A stretch of DNA of 64,000 nt. Source: Octopus vulgaris. Taxonomy: Eukaryota. The position numbers and the translations under genes were made by a program. The DNA is taken from assembly GCA_951406725.2 (NCBI GenBank), contig OX597821.1:58528001-58592000 (forward strand), given 5' to 3'. This document shows, in pieces, positions 11,533 to 23,389 of the stretch (the stretch's first letter is position 1; each line of letters starts with the position of its first letter). Below the pieces are notes generated by a model. The model was not told where the DNA came from. It made no database searches and saw nothing but the letters and a program-made list of their open reading frames with translations.

Positions 11533-11653
11533 CAAGAATCAACGACATTTGCCCACATATACAGTAATAAATGTAAAGTGGTTTCTCTCCTTGATATTCT
11601 TCTTGATCTTTAGTGTCAGTACAAACTACACTTCTGGACACGACTTTCGGCAT
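11533..11653 (-). CDS. STEEP1: STEEP1 (CXorf56, UPF0428) coding exon 1
   Basis: Hand translation [40 protein letters not shown]+G matches the CXorf56/STEEP1 N-terminus as I recall it ([34 protein letters not shown]). Ends in phase 1 at TTG|GCAAGT (GC donor). Confidence 0.95.
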
Positions 11654-11830
11654 TTTGTCCGATAAATTTTATCTCGACTTCGACTCACGATAACCGATCT
11701 TTACTAAAACTTTTAACAAACAATCACAACTTCCGTATCCGGTAAGTCCATTAACTCTGACTTTCTTAAAAACTTAGTTTTCATCATTCATTTTTGTTTT
11801 CATATTTTAAGACTCATTACTGCCCATGGA
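11654..11830 (-). promoter_or_regulatory. STEEP1 5' leader/proximal promoter with tandem ETS-like sites
   Basis: Minus-strand ACCGGATACGGAAGT at 11729-11743 holds two ETS-type cores ~80 nt upstream of the ATG, with locally raised CpG. Transcription start not determined. Confidence 0.5.
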
Positions 11831-11839
11831 CCTTTTTTT

Positions 11840-13384
11840 GGCGGAGGTAAAGATCGAAATTTTGCAAATTTTTTTTTTCAGAATCATAATTTCCGTATTT
11901 TTGGTTTTTTTTTTTTTTTTTTTTTTACGGGAACACACTATATCGATGGCGGAGATTCTGAATCTGCAAAAAAAAAAAAAAAAAAGCATTTCAAAATTTT
12001 AATTCCCCCTCCCCTCATTTCTTAAATTTTCACTTTAAAAAAATTTCTTTTTGCCGAAATACGTAAAAAAAAAATACGGATATTATGATTCTGAAAAAAA
12101 AAAAAGCAAAATTTCGATTTTTCAAAAACAATAAATAAATAAATAAACACCCCCTCCCATCCACCCTATGACAAGAAGTAAAATTAAAGTGTTTTCTCTA
12201 CTAATGTTTCCTGATGAACATAACCCAACATGTTGTGGTTGAGGGTCTTTTGGAATTAAGAGAGTTATGTAAAAATTAGATTTTTTACCCACAACAAAAT
12301 GACATTAAAAATTTTTTTTTTCTTTTTTAGTAATTCGTGTTTAGAAAGTCGATATTTTTTTTTTTCGAAAAATTGAAATTTTACGAACAATATTTTTTAG
12401 AATCCTAATCTCCGTATTTTTCTACGTATTTCCCCAAAAAATATTTCTAAATTTCTAAAATAAGTGAAGAATGAACAAATTGGTGAGAGGGGTGGGTTAA
12501 ATTTTGAAATTTTTTCTTCTTTGGTAATTCGTATCAAAATTTTGAAACCGTGTTTCTAGCATGTCAGGTTTTCTGTTTAGGGATCTGTTCGGTTTGAACG
12601 GCAGTTTTTAACATAATTTCTAGGTAACTAAAAAATTTTAAACTTCGTATACTGGTAGAATGTGTTTTTTTAAAACATCTTTTTCTCTTGGCTTTATTGA
12701 GAACATTCTATAATTTGTAAGATATTTGTTGTTTTTTTTCTTCAATTTCTGTAATTTCAACCAATCACTGACGTCTATTGAGGTAAAAAACACATTCTGT
12801 GCCGTATGAATATGTCCTTCGTTTAAGAAACAGATTGGGTTTATTTACATTTGTGAAGAAAAAAAGATACCCTTCCTCCCACCCTAACCCTAACCCAGAT
12901 TAATGCAATAGATCGATACTAGGGTCATAATTATGGGTGACAATTTCATAAGACACCGCTAGAAAAAACTACCGTTCAAACCGAAAAGGGCCTCTGTTTA
13001 AATACTTTTTGCGCCTGCTATTTTATAATTCTATGCATGCGTGAAAACATTAGTAGAGAAAATTTCACTTCTTGTCATTGGGCAGATAGGAGGGGGGGGG
13101 GTATTTATTTTTTTTTTAAATTGAAATTGTACAAATATTTTTTTCAGAATCATAATCTCTGTATATTTCTACATATATCGTACAAAAGAATTTTTTAAAA
13201 AAGTGAAAATTTAAGAAATTGATTAAGAAAGTGGCTGTGTAATAAGTAACTTGCTTACAAACCACATGGTTCCGGATTCAGTCCCACCGCGTGGCACCTT
13301 GGGCAAGTGTCTTCTACTAGAGCCTCGGGCCGACCAAAGCCTTGTGAGTGGATTTGGTAGACGGAAACTGAAAGAAGCCCGTCG

Positions 13385-13427
<43 letters not shown>

Positions 13428-13771
13428 ATGTATGTGTATATGTTTCTGAGTCTGTGTTTGTCCCCCCAACATCGCTTGACAACCGTTGCTGATGTGTTTA
13501 CGTCCCCGTAACTAGGCTTAGAAAGAATAAATCCTGGGGTCGATTTGCTCGACTAAAGTCGGTGCTCCAGCTTGGCCAGTCAAATGATTGAAACAAGTAA
13601 AAGAGAAATTTCAGAAAATTTAAGAAATAGTGTGTGGAGAGGGGGATTCAAATTTTGAAAATGCTTTATTTATTTATTTATTTGCAGATTCGGAATCTCC
13701 TCCCTCGATATAGTTTGTTCCTGTAAAAAAAAATCCCAAAGCAAGAGCGGTTCATGATCTTTACCTACGCC
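11840..13771. mobile_element. Long-TIR foldback DNA element with a nested MITE and SINE
   Basis: Termini GGCGGAGGTAAAGATC / GATCTTTACCTACGCC. Arms 11840-~12210 and ~13045-13771 are reverse complements, the right arm being interrupted by the SINE at 13228-13605. Both flanks begin CCTTTT. Confidence 0.75.
12581..12992 (+). mobile_element. Merlin-like MITE, copy 1
   Basis: TIR consensus GGATCTTTTCGGTTTGAACGGCAGTTTTT. TCTGTTTA occurs on both flanks. GG termini with an 8-9 bp TSD suggest Merlin. Confidence 0.75.
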
Positions 13772-13777
13772 CCTTTT

Positions 13778-14790
13778 GGCAATGTTTCGTTTGTAGTAGC
13801 CCTTTTGGCAATGTTTCGTTTGTAGTAGCACACGTTTCCGTCGATTTCCTCCGTCGATTTCCGTAAAAAACTTTTATTTTTTACATATGGCTTTGCGGGA
13901 ATATTTGAAGTAATGAGAGCGAAAGAGACTAAGAGGAAGCGATTTTATGACGAGGGAATTTCTTTTTGAAGTCCCCGTGTGTGTGTTTGATGGGGTGTGG
14001 GAGACAGACAGTATGTTGTGTAAGTGAAGTGCTTCTGTTAGTGTGTGCGAAGAGACAGAGAGAGTAATGTGTGAAAGAGATAGATAACTGAAATTTTTTA
14101 CTCGGTGTATGTGTGTGTGTGTATGTATCTATGTATGTGTGTATGTATGTATGTGTGTATGTATCTATGTATGTGTGTGTATGTATGTATGGCCGATTCA
14201 GTGTAATTTTTTACTCGGTGTATGTGTATACTAGCAGTATCGCCCGGCGTTGCTCAGGTTTGTAAGGGAAATAACTATAAAGCATTTTTAGAGAGTTATA
14301 GCCAAAAAATAGCAAAAAAATGGAAAAAAATGATGGTAAATTTTTTTTTGAGATTTAAAAAAGGTAGAGTTGCGTCCCCTAGACAGTTTGTGGTTCGTAT
14401 TCCTGATTCTCGACCCCATGTCGAATTTATCGATTTTTTTCAGAACTGGGGGAACTTTTCAAAATTTTCGCTGCGTTAGTTTTGAATTATGACATTGGGC
14501 TATGTGTGTGTCAAGTTTCATCAGAATCGGTTGAAAGCCGTGGTCAGGGTGAGGGTACAAGCAAACAGACACGCAGAAACACGCACAGACAAACTGCCGT
14601 TTATATAGAGAGAGATGTATGTCTGCATGTATGTGTGTGTGTGTGTATGTATCTATGTGTGTGTGTGTGTGTGTGTATGTATGTGTGTATGTATGTATGT
14701 ATGTATGTATGTATGTATGGCCGATTCAGTGTTTACATTTTTTACGGAAATCGACGGAAACATGTGCTACTACAAACGAAACATTGCCCC
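13778..14790. mobile_element. TIR DNA element with microsatellite core and nested Helitron
   Basis: GGCAATGTTTCGTTTGTAGTAGCAC..TTTCCGTCGATTTCCGTAAAAA at the left and its reverse complement at ~14738-14789. The left 30 bp are tandemly duplicated. TSD unclear. Confidence 0.7.
14231..14615 (-). mobile_element. Non-autonomous Helitron
   Basis: Minus strand A|TCTCTCTCTATATAAAC ... subterminal GC-rich hairpin (CCTGAGCAACGCCGGG) ... CTAG|T. Inserted at AT with no TSD. Confidence 0.75.
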
Positions 14791-15221
14791 ACTGGAAACA
14801 TTGGCCCACTTTTTTTTAGGAGTAGAAGCATAATCCATCATATTTCTGCAACACCTGGATTTTTCAGAGATATCTTTAGATAGTCATCAAGACTGACGTG
14901 TCTTTCCAATATTGTAATGAATCTTTTTTAATATATATTTAGTATCAGATAAAGTTGTATTAAAAAAAAAGATTTTTGGTAAAAAAAAAAAAAAATTGGG
15001 CACTAATGGGTTAATTCGTTTACTTAGGTTATTGGACTGCGACCATGCTGGAGCACTATCTGGAAGGGTTTTAGTCGAACAACTCTCCACACGCCCCAGC
15101 ACTTATTTCTTTAAAGTCTGGAACTTCGTCTGTCATACTCTTAGCCGAAACATTGTTTCAGGCACACAGACCAGCACGGGTTTCCAAACGATGGCGGGAT
15201 GATACACACACACACACTCTT

Positions 15222-16090
15222 ATTAAGGCCGCAATATACATATATATATAAGTGAAAGGAGTACAGTGAACTTGCCATGAGGAGTGGAATATCCAACGTT
15301 TCGGATGCAATCCTTCGTCAGGGGGTGGATAAAAAGAGAAGCTGAAGTAAAACAAAGAGTTTTACATGCCTCAGCTTGAAAAACTGGCTGCAAATGATAA
15401 TGGACGCATAATAACACGGACTACAAACGTGAAACAGAAGTTATAGGAGATGGCGTGCAGAAAGGAGGAGGAAAGGGTGATGGAGAGAGTAGAGGTAAGT
15501 AAATACGGTAATGTTGCAGAGAGAGGGTGGAAGGAAGATTAAAAAGGGTAAAAAAAGAATCGAGAGGAGGTGAAAGAATGAAAGGAAAAACGTTCATTCA
15601 TACTTGTCAGGGACCTGGTGCCAATGTCAAATATGAGACATTGCTCCTTTCATTTCCTAGGGAAGTGGGAGTCCATGGTGTAAGGCAATGCCACACACTG
15701 GTAAATCTGCAATAGAATGATTCACAATGTTGAAGTGGGTGGCGACAGGTTGGCCTGGCATACGTAACATTATGCCTCTGAACATTTAAAGGTTCCTGGT
15801 TTTGCGGTGCCGGGAGCTGTGAAGCTTCTAACAAGGAGATTTCCAAGGAGAGGCGGTGTGGGAAAGATAGGCTAGTTGTTGGATCAGAAAGAAGAATGCG
15901 AAAGTTGTGGGTAAGTTTGTATTTTAGAGGGAGGGTGGACGGATGGTAGGTGAGAGAGAGAGAGTGTGTGGAAAACGGTCGGTGGAAGTGTGTGAAACTC
16001 CTACAGAGAGTTTGCCTCTTAGGGACAGCAAGGATTATTAGGAAGATTCTAAGCACTTGAAAGACTGCTGAAAACGTGTGGATATCTAAT
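15222..16090 (-). mobile_element. Decayed Penelope-like retroelement (post-RT linker region plus pLTR with hammerhead motif)
   Basis: LTYHPSTLPLK..NFRILLSDPTTSLSFP and, after a frameshift, NLLVRS..PGTFKCSEA*CYVC resemble the PLE thumb/zinc linker. CTGACGAAGGATTGCATCCGAAACGTT at ~15296-15322. Confidence 0.75.
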
Positions 16091-16170
16091 GTTACAGATA
16101 GTAACCCACTACCATATAAATCCTACCAGGAATAAGACCAAACCCAGCTTTGTTTCTATAATAATAATAA

Positions 16171-17150
16171 GAAGAAGAGGACTTATTGGATGTGAACACA
16201 GCATTAGCGCAAAGGAAAACAATATAGCATGGTATGTAAAAAATGCTACAGAACCGCTGTTACTAGAAGAAAGTGAGGCTTGTGTAGGATGAAAGATTGC
16301 AAAGATAAAGCACTATACAAGAAATTAAAAACGAATGAAACTGAAAATGGGTAGGTAAAGAAAAGAATGCATGGTCTATTTCATAGGGATGTTGAAAATA
16401 AGACACAGAGAGAAAAAATGGCTGTGAATGACTAAAAGTGATTTAAAACCGGAAACGGAGGCTCTAATCTGTGCTGCCCAAGAGCAAGCACTAAGAACAA
16501 ACTACATAAAATACAGAATTGACAACACAGCAGAAAGTGATAAGTGCAGAATCTGTGGACAAAACGGTGAAACCGTATGGCATATTACCAGCCAATGTAC
16601 GTCACTAGTCCGGAAGGAATATGAGACACCACGACAATATAACCAGGCTTGTCCATTGGACACTCTGCAACAAGTACGGACTTGACAGCGCAAAAAATTG
16701 GTACAACCATAAACCTGAAGGCATCGTCGAAAATAGAAATGCAAAGATCCTATGGGATTTTATGATTCAGTGCGACCATAAGATAAAGAATAGGAAGCCG
16801 GACATAGTCTTGAGAAAGAAAACAAACTATGCTGGATCATAGATATAGCATGCCCAGAGAGATATGACAGGTTAGTTTGGGAAGGTAAGCAGTTGTGGTC
16901 GATGAAAAAGGTAGCAGTAATACCAATAATTGTCGGAGCCCTGGGAACAGTGAGCAGAAATTTCGAGAAGTACGTGGAACAAATAGGGGCTGCAATAAGA
17001 GTGGAGCACTTTCAGAAAACAGCACTGCTTGGAACCGCTCGAATACTCCGGAAGGTACTCGAAAAATAAGAGGTGTTACCTTAGTTCACTGGTAGTGAAC
17101 AGCAGACACCCTAGTACGTCTCCAGCGTTAGAAGCTGTGCAAAGGCAATT
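16171..17150 (+). mobile_element. 5'-truncated R4/Dong-like non-LTR retrotransposon (CCHC plus restriction-like endonuclease), frameshifted
   Basis: LKPETEALICAAQEQALRT, CRICGQNGETVWHITSQC, RHDN and KILWDF..KPDIV motifs. Flanked by (TAA)n on both sides. Confidence 0.88.
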
Positions 17151-18472
17151 ATAATAATAGTAATAAATAATGGAAATCATTCAAGTGAGTGGCAAATAAT
17201 TACACTAGATTTATGCCTCCATTCTTCGTTTACGAGGGGAATTTCAAATGTCTATTTTGCATTCGTCATACCTACATTATCTTTTATATAGATCTATTAA
17301 TTCGCTTAAATTTGACTCACTATTGACTCGCTGAAAATATTTCTTTTAGTTCCTTTTTTTTAAAAAAGAAATTAATCATTTTGTTGCAAGTTAAAATTTA
17401 CTGTAGCTCAATTTCTAGATGTCATTTTTTTTTTATCGATTATTAACCGCTTATAAGGTCTAATAAAATCAAAACCTGTCTTCCTTACCTGTAAAGAAAA
17501 GTCAGATTTTCTCTTAAGCATACAAATTAATTTCTAAAATAATTTCTTGAAATTATCTCCCCTTCTCTTTGAGGGTCGCTAACAATTAACGCTGAGTTTC
17601 TTTTTTGTAAAATTAAGAGGGAGATTTGTATTGATTGAGAATTTTTGAGGGTTTCATTCCCCACTTAACTCAATGGTTTTCAAACTGACAGATACAAGGT
17701 CTCTCCTCGACTACAGTATTATTTCAATTATTTGCTCCCTTTCACCTCTTTATTAACGAGGATAAAAAAATAGTATTTGCATCGATACAATATGGCAATC
17801 ATCTGGAAATAAAGGTATGAAATATTTTCGGTACAATCGTTTTGGTGCTGCTTATTTGACGGGGCTGATTCAACGCTGTTTTCTTGCCATCATCTATTTT
17901 GTTGTTTATTTCTTTATAATGTCTCTCTCTCTCTCTCTCCCTCTCCCTGCGTTTAGGTGTGTCAGCATCTAGTTATGTTTCGAGTATGCATAATATCTTC
18001 TCCCCGCTCTCTCTTTTTCTCTCACTCTATTTGTATATATTTCTGCGCAAGTGTATGTATGCCTGTGTTTATGTGCTTGCCTCCAGTGTCACAAAGTGCT
18101 GTCACCAAAACAGGCTGAACGTCCAGTCTGCCGTGTCAAATCCACAACGTCCAATCGTTTCATTCCGCAGAAATAATTTTCAAAAGTGAGGTAAGGCAAA
18201 TAACACAAGTGAGTCAATGGCATAAATAACAATAATTCATTCACTTGGCGAGAATGAAGTGGCAAAAAATTCTTTATGGGAAAACAAGAACCTCGAGGCA
18301 AGAAATTAAATATCTTTAAAGAGAGGGGAGATAATTCAAAGAAATAAAACGTAAACAAAAAATAAAATTTTTAGTTTTCATTTTGTATATGGTTTGCAAG
18401 ATGTGAATTCGTGTGTTGAAACATATTTTGTTGTATCTCGGTAGGGTCATTGTGCAAAATATTTCACGCTCT

Positions 18473-18884
18473 GGATCTTTTCGGTTTGAACGGCAGTTTT
18501 TCTAGCGGTGTCATATGAAATTGTCACCCACAATTATGACCCTAGTATCGATCTATTGTATTATAATCTGTTTTAGGGTTAGGGGTGGGGGAAGGGTATC
18601 TTTTTTTTCTTCAGAAATGTAAATAAACCCAATCTGTTTCTTAAACCAGGGACATATTCATACGGCACAGAATGTTTTCACCTCAATAGACGTCATTGAT
18701 TGGTTGAAATTGCAGAAATTGAAGAAAAAAAACAACAAATATCTTACAAACCATAGAATGTTCTCAATAAAGCCAAGAGAAAAAGATGTTTTATAAACAC
18801 ATTCTACCAGTATACGAAGTTTAAAAGTGTTTAGTTTCGTGGAAATTATTTTAAAAAAAACTGCCGGTCAAACTGAAAAGATCC
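18473..18884 (-). mobile_element. Merlin-like MITE, copy 2 (inverted relative to copy 1)
   Basis: GGATCTTTTCGG...GAAAAGATCC. Degenerate 8-bp TSD CACGCTCT/CGCGCCCT. Confidence 0.78.
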
Positions 18885-20129
18885 CGCGCCCTGGTTAGCA
18901 GCGGAAAAAACTCGTGAAATTTGTATTTTTAATTTTTTAAATTATCTCTTCCTCTGTTTGAGACACGCTAACAATGACCGCTAAGTTTTTGTTTCTTTCA
19001 ACTAAAAACAAATTTCAATTCATAAAGAATTTTTTTTATGTACGTCATTCATTATTCAGAAACGACAATTGTTGGTACCATCCTGGCTTTATTTGTGCTT
19101 TTCTCTGTTTATTGTTCCATTTTTAAAAATCTTAAAACAAAGAGTATTAGCTTCAACTGGTAATTTAGTAAAATCCAAAAAATGTGTATATATATTAATA
19201 TAATAATTCATAAAATTCCAGATGTCGATTAGTAATTCATGAAACTCTAAATGTCAAATGAAATGACATACATATATCAATCTAAATAATTTGGAAGAAT
19301 TATTTCAAACGTTGGCAAAGTATGAGCTCTACTGAAAAGGACTTATGTAACAACAATATTATCAATGAAGCTTGACTTTTATCACCAATGAAAATTTTCG
19401 GCTGTAACCGATGATTTTTATCTTCTCGATCGCATAGTAAAAATAATTTATCCAATCTATCTGGAATCGTTTGAATTTCCGTTCTTGTCCGAAATGTTTT
19501 ATCTTAATCTGCAACAACTTAAAATGAGACTTAAATGTTTCAACTTCCCTTAGTTGTCATTATTCATTTGTCAAAATGGTTATGGCGGCTGCCCTTCTTT
19601 TGCTAATTACCAACAGACGGCCGTAACCTGAAGAAAATTGGTCCAACCATTTTCGAGTGTTTAATTTCCGGTGAAAAGTCTTTCTATAATTGTAATATTT
19701 TTAATCAATCCGCTTTGGGTTTATACTTAAGGTTTATCATTCATTATCATGTAGCATTGTTAGAACGTCTATCTTTATGATATAAACAGAGAACCGAAGT
19801 TCATTCAGCTCATTGATTTCATTTTTGCTCGATGCTAATTATACTTAGTTTTGCAGGAAATAATATCAATGAAACATAGTATACTACTGCATTTATATGC
19901 ATATTAATAAAGGGATTATTTAATGAATGCTTATAACGGCCTGCAGAGGCGAGACGACCGACAGGATAACGTACTGAATTGTCTGCATGTGTATTATGTT
20001 ATCCAGTTTCTTCTATCACAATAACTTTTCCATTTAAAATGTATTAAAAGGATATAAATCTATCACCAGTACTTGACTAGTACTTTATTTTATTATAGTC
20101 TGCGTAGCAAGGGGGCAGTCCACCTGGGC

Positions 20130-20560
20130 GACGCTTTTAACCTGAACCTAGACATCATTGAATACAGGACTCCATGGAAGATCATAGTAGAAATCTACAA
20201 ACATTTCTGACATGCGCCATAGATCTTAGATCCTATTGAGGTGGGATACAGAGAGTTTGCAGGCCAGTCCGTTTGTAAATCTTACAGTATACTTAGTAGG
20301 ATAGGGACCAGTAAGTGGAAAGCCATCAAGCTGGCTGTGGAGACAGCAAAGATGCCTCAAGATGGTTGTGGGCGAGGAGGTGCAAGCCCTGGAAGGGGAA
20401 GTGTTACCAGGAGTAGTGCTAGCAGGACACAAGGTGGTGCTTGCTGAAATCGGTTGAGTCGTGGGGGTGTCTGATGTTGAAAAGTCCTGAAACACCTAAT
20501 GAGCCCAGGAAACATCACTGACGATATGTCCAGGGGCATCACAGGATGATCTATGGAACA
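20130..20560 (+). mobile_element. 3' remnant of an RLE-type (Hero/NeSL-like) non-LTR retrotransposon
   Basis: PIEVGYREFAGQSVCKSYSIL..KAIKLAVETA resembles the EVGCRGF RLE C-terminus. The 3' UTR GGTGTCTGATGTTGAAA..GAAACACC..CATCACTGACGAT resembles Hero-type ends as I recall them. Confidence 0.6.
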
Positions 20561-20891
20561 ACTTGTTAGTAACAAAAAATGCGTTTTGGTTCCTTTTCTT
20601 TATTCAAGATCACAAAATAATGTTTGATCTTGACAGGCTGCTTCCTCTCAAATGCCTGGTTCTTAAAACAATCATGAAAAAAAAAAAGAAAAGAAAAAGA
20701 AAATTGGGCTGCTAGTTTATTACAGCAAATGTGTGACATATTTTTCAAACAAAATAAGACCCTTAATAAAATATACCATTTTCGTATTCGTCTTGTGGCA
20801 ATGTTACAACAAATCGGGCTAATCATTGCATTATTTCCCTCTCGTACCCTTTCCAAATGTAAATTAAATCTTTTTCATTACAAGAAATGTG

Positions 20892-21310
20892 TTATAGTAA
20901 AGATTGTTTGCCAACATAACATGGCAGTCCTATGTTGCTGTAATTTAGCCCCGGGAGACATCGTCTCCAGTTGGTTATACGACACAATTTGTGTCATTTT
21001 CGAACAAGGGAATCTAGCACCCCCACTCAGTTCAAAACAATATCTGTGTATCGCGATTTCTGGGTTATTTCTCTTCATCAGCATAGAATAATTGTTCGGC
21101 CAGAGGTGGCGCTGCCAAATTCCCGTTTGAAAATATACGGACACAGATCGTGTCCTATAACCAGCTGGAGACGATGTCCCCTGGGGGTAAATTACAGCAA
21201 CATTAGTCCTAAAACTAGGACTGCCATGTTATGTTGGCAAACAATCTTTACTACAAGGTACTGTTGCTGAATATCTCACGTTGTGAGATTTAAAAATAGT
21301 AATTTTCTAA
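20892..21310 (+). mobile_element. Asymmetric foldback non-autonomous DNA element, copy 1
   Basis: Inverted arms of ~100-115 bp plus a ~57-bp unpaired end carrying the hairpin ATCTCAC-GTT-GTGAGAT. 8-bp TSD GAAATGTG. Confidence 0.8.
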
Positions 21311-22390
21311 GAAATGTGTTGTTAAAATTCTTACTAAAATGGTAACACTCTATCTCGAAGGAGACCCTGTGCTCATTACAGAACATTCTAATGCAAAATC
21401 AATGACAAAATATTACGTTGAAGAAGCAATCTTCGTATAGTTTCAATATTTTCTACGTACTAAAAGTAAGTGTTTTGATATCTTATTTCGAATGATTTGT
21501 TCTGCTCAACCAGCTTAGGAATTTCTTCAGCGATTTTTGCCATAAACTGTGCAACCTATGTGTGCAAAGATTGTTGAATTATGTATAGGAAAAAAATGTT
21601 TTCTGTTGAGAATATCCGTAAAATACTTTATGACTGCCGAATATGCTCCGAATCTAAATCCATTCCTCAACTGCAAGACACCTGTTTCTATTTCTCTATC
21701 ATACTTTAACCTCTCATCACCTGCCACAAAACTACGCCCTTCAATACTACTCCCCACTTAGATTGAGGGGTCTTATCTTGCGAGTTACTTGGTGACCTTA
21801 CTGGTACCGATGTCACGTAAAACTCACCTAGCACACGCTGCATAGTGGTTAGCATTAGGAAGGGCATCAACCGAAGAAAGCATACCAAACAGACAGTAGA
21901 GCTTGGCGCAGTCCTCTGGCTCGTTGGTTCCTGTCGAAACGTTCAACTCATGCCAGCATGGAAAACAGATGTTAAATGGTGACTTCTGTATAGATCCTAC
22001 AAAATGCAACGCGATTTCATTGGATTTTTTTTGGATCTAAACAGTTATTATTTCGAAACTGTTGACTGATGTTGTAAACAATTACTTTCTCTTCTTGGAA
22101 CTCCCGGCGCTATCCAAGATTATAAAGGAGCTCAATTCATGAGGAAATTCGAACTTTTCTAAAACAAGGAATTGTGCAATGCAAAACCTCTTCATACAAT
22201 CCAATAAAACAGTGTGAAAGTTAGAATTGTTAGCTTAAAAGTCTTAGAATCTTCCAGAATCTACTTGAGATTTCTTTCAACTACAACTAATGCTCCCTAC
22301 CATTATTTATTATTATTTCTTTATATCCAATTTTCAAGCTGACATCTCTCTACCTTCTTGGCTCATTTGTTTTGGCCCTGTCGAAACATA

Positions 22391-22915
22391 TCTACTACAT
22401 ATGTGGAAAATCGGTGTGTGTTTGTTTGTGGCGTTGTTAGTTAACTCCTCCTACATCATTTTATTGATTTTGATGAAACTTGACACGTGAGTAGAACTTA
22501 CGTCTGGAATCCTCGTGACATACCTAGATTGTTGAAAACTCGATAATACAAACCCTGGAAGGGATCTTTATATCTACCTCATATAGCTATTTTTAAACAC
22601 ACAAGGGAAATAACCCATGGCACCTGCACAATATTTTTTAAACACTCAACGGAGATAACTCATAGCATCTGCACTTTATTTGAATTCTTACTATCGGGTA
22701 ATTAATTTCATGTTATTACATAACTGACTTCACAATTTGGATATTCATAACTTATTGGGAATTCCTAAAAATAAGATCCTGTGTAGGACAGTTCGGTATT
22801 CTCTGTAAATGCACAAAAACTTTGTATTGTTGTTACTGGATTAGCGAAGCAATTAGGAGAACGGAACCAAGGTTCAAGTCCCGCTTTCTCGGGAATTACC
22901 GGGTACGTCAGCTAG
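22391..22915 (+). mobile_element. Non-autonomous Helitron
   Basis: A|TCTACTACATAT ... CTCGGGAATTACCGGG hairpin ... CTAG|T. Confidence 0.65.
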
Positions 22916-23389
22916 TGTATGCATATGCAAAAATGATCTCACGATAGATGCTGAATTACTGGAATCTAACAAGTTCGTCTGTATTCGAAAAAATAATGGA
23001 GTAAACACTGTCTCACTTCGTGATTTGTCACGGTATCTGAAATCTCAGGACGAAAGAGTAAAGCTTGCGGAGTCGGACTTAGCAATGGCTGACTCAGTTT
23101 CCTGTTCTCAGGAACATTGCACGTTCTCATTCTTCGCTCCACGATAATAGTTTCTCAAGAGTCTAGGCTCTTTCAATAGCAGAGATAGTAAAATTATTTC
23201 CCCCGGTTTTGCTGTGCTTATCACTCTTATTCATGTACTTTGTCATTCAAAGAAAACTATCAAACCACTTGAAAGATTTAAGTTATGTGTTAAGTTGTTT
23301 TAACATAAATTTAATTTCAGATTGAAATTTCATTATTAGTGCTATTCTTGCTAATTTTATAATCTTACAGTTTATCTCATTCCTAGTCG

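Noticed and set aside
14222-14883. ORFs of 66-133 aa
   Set aside because: They span a non-autonomous Helitron and a (GT/GTAT)n microsatellite.
17773-18190. Possible plus-strand exons (AAG|gtatga at ~17814; ccag|...GAG|gtaagg at 18087-18190)
   Set aside because: All three frames of the second segment hit stops and I recognise no homology. A non-coding transcript cannot be excluded.
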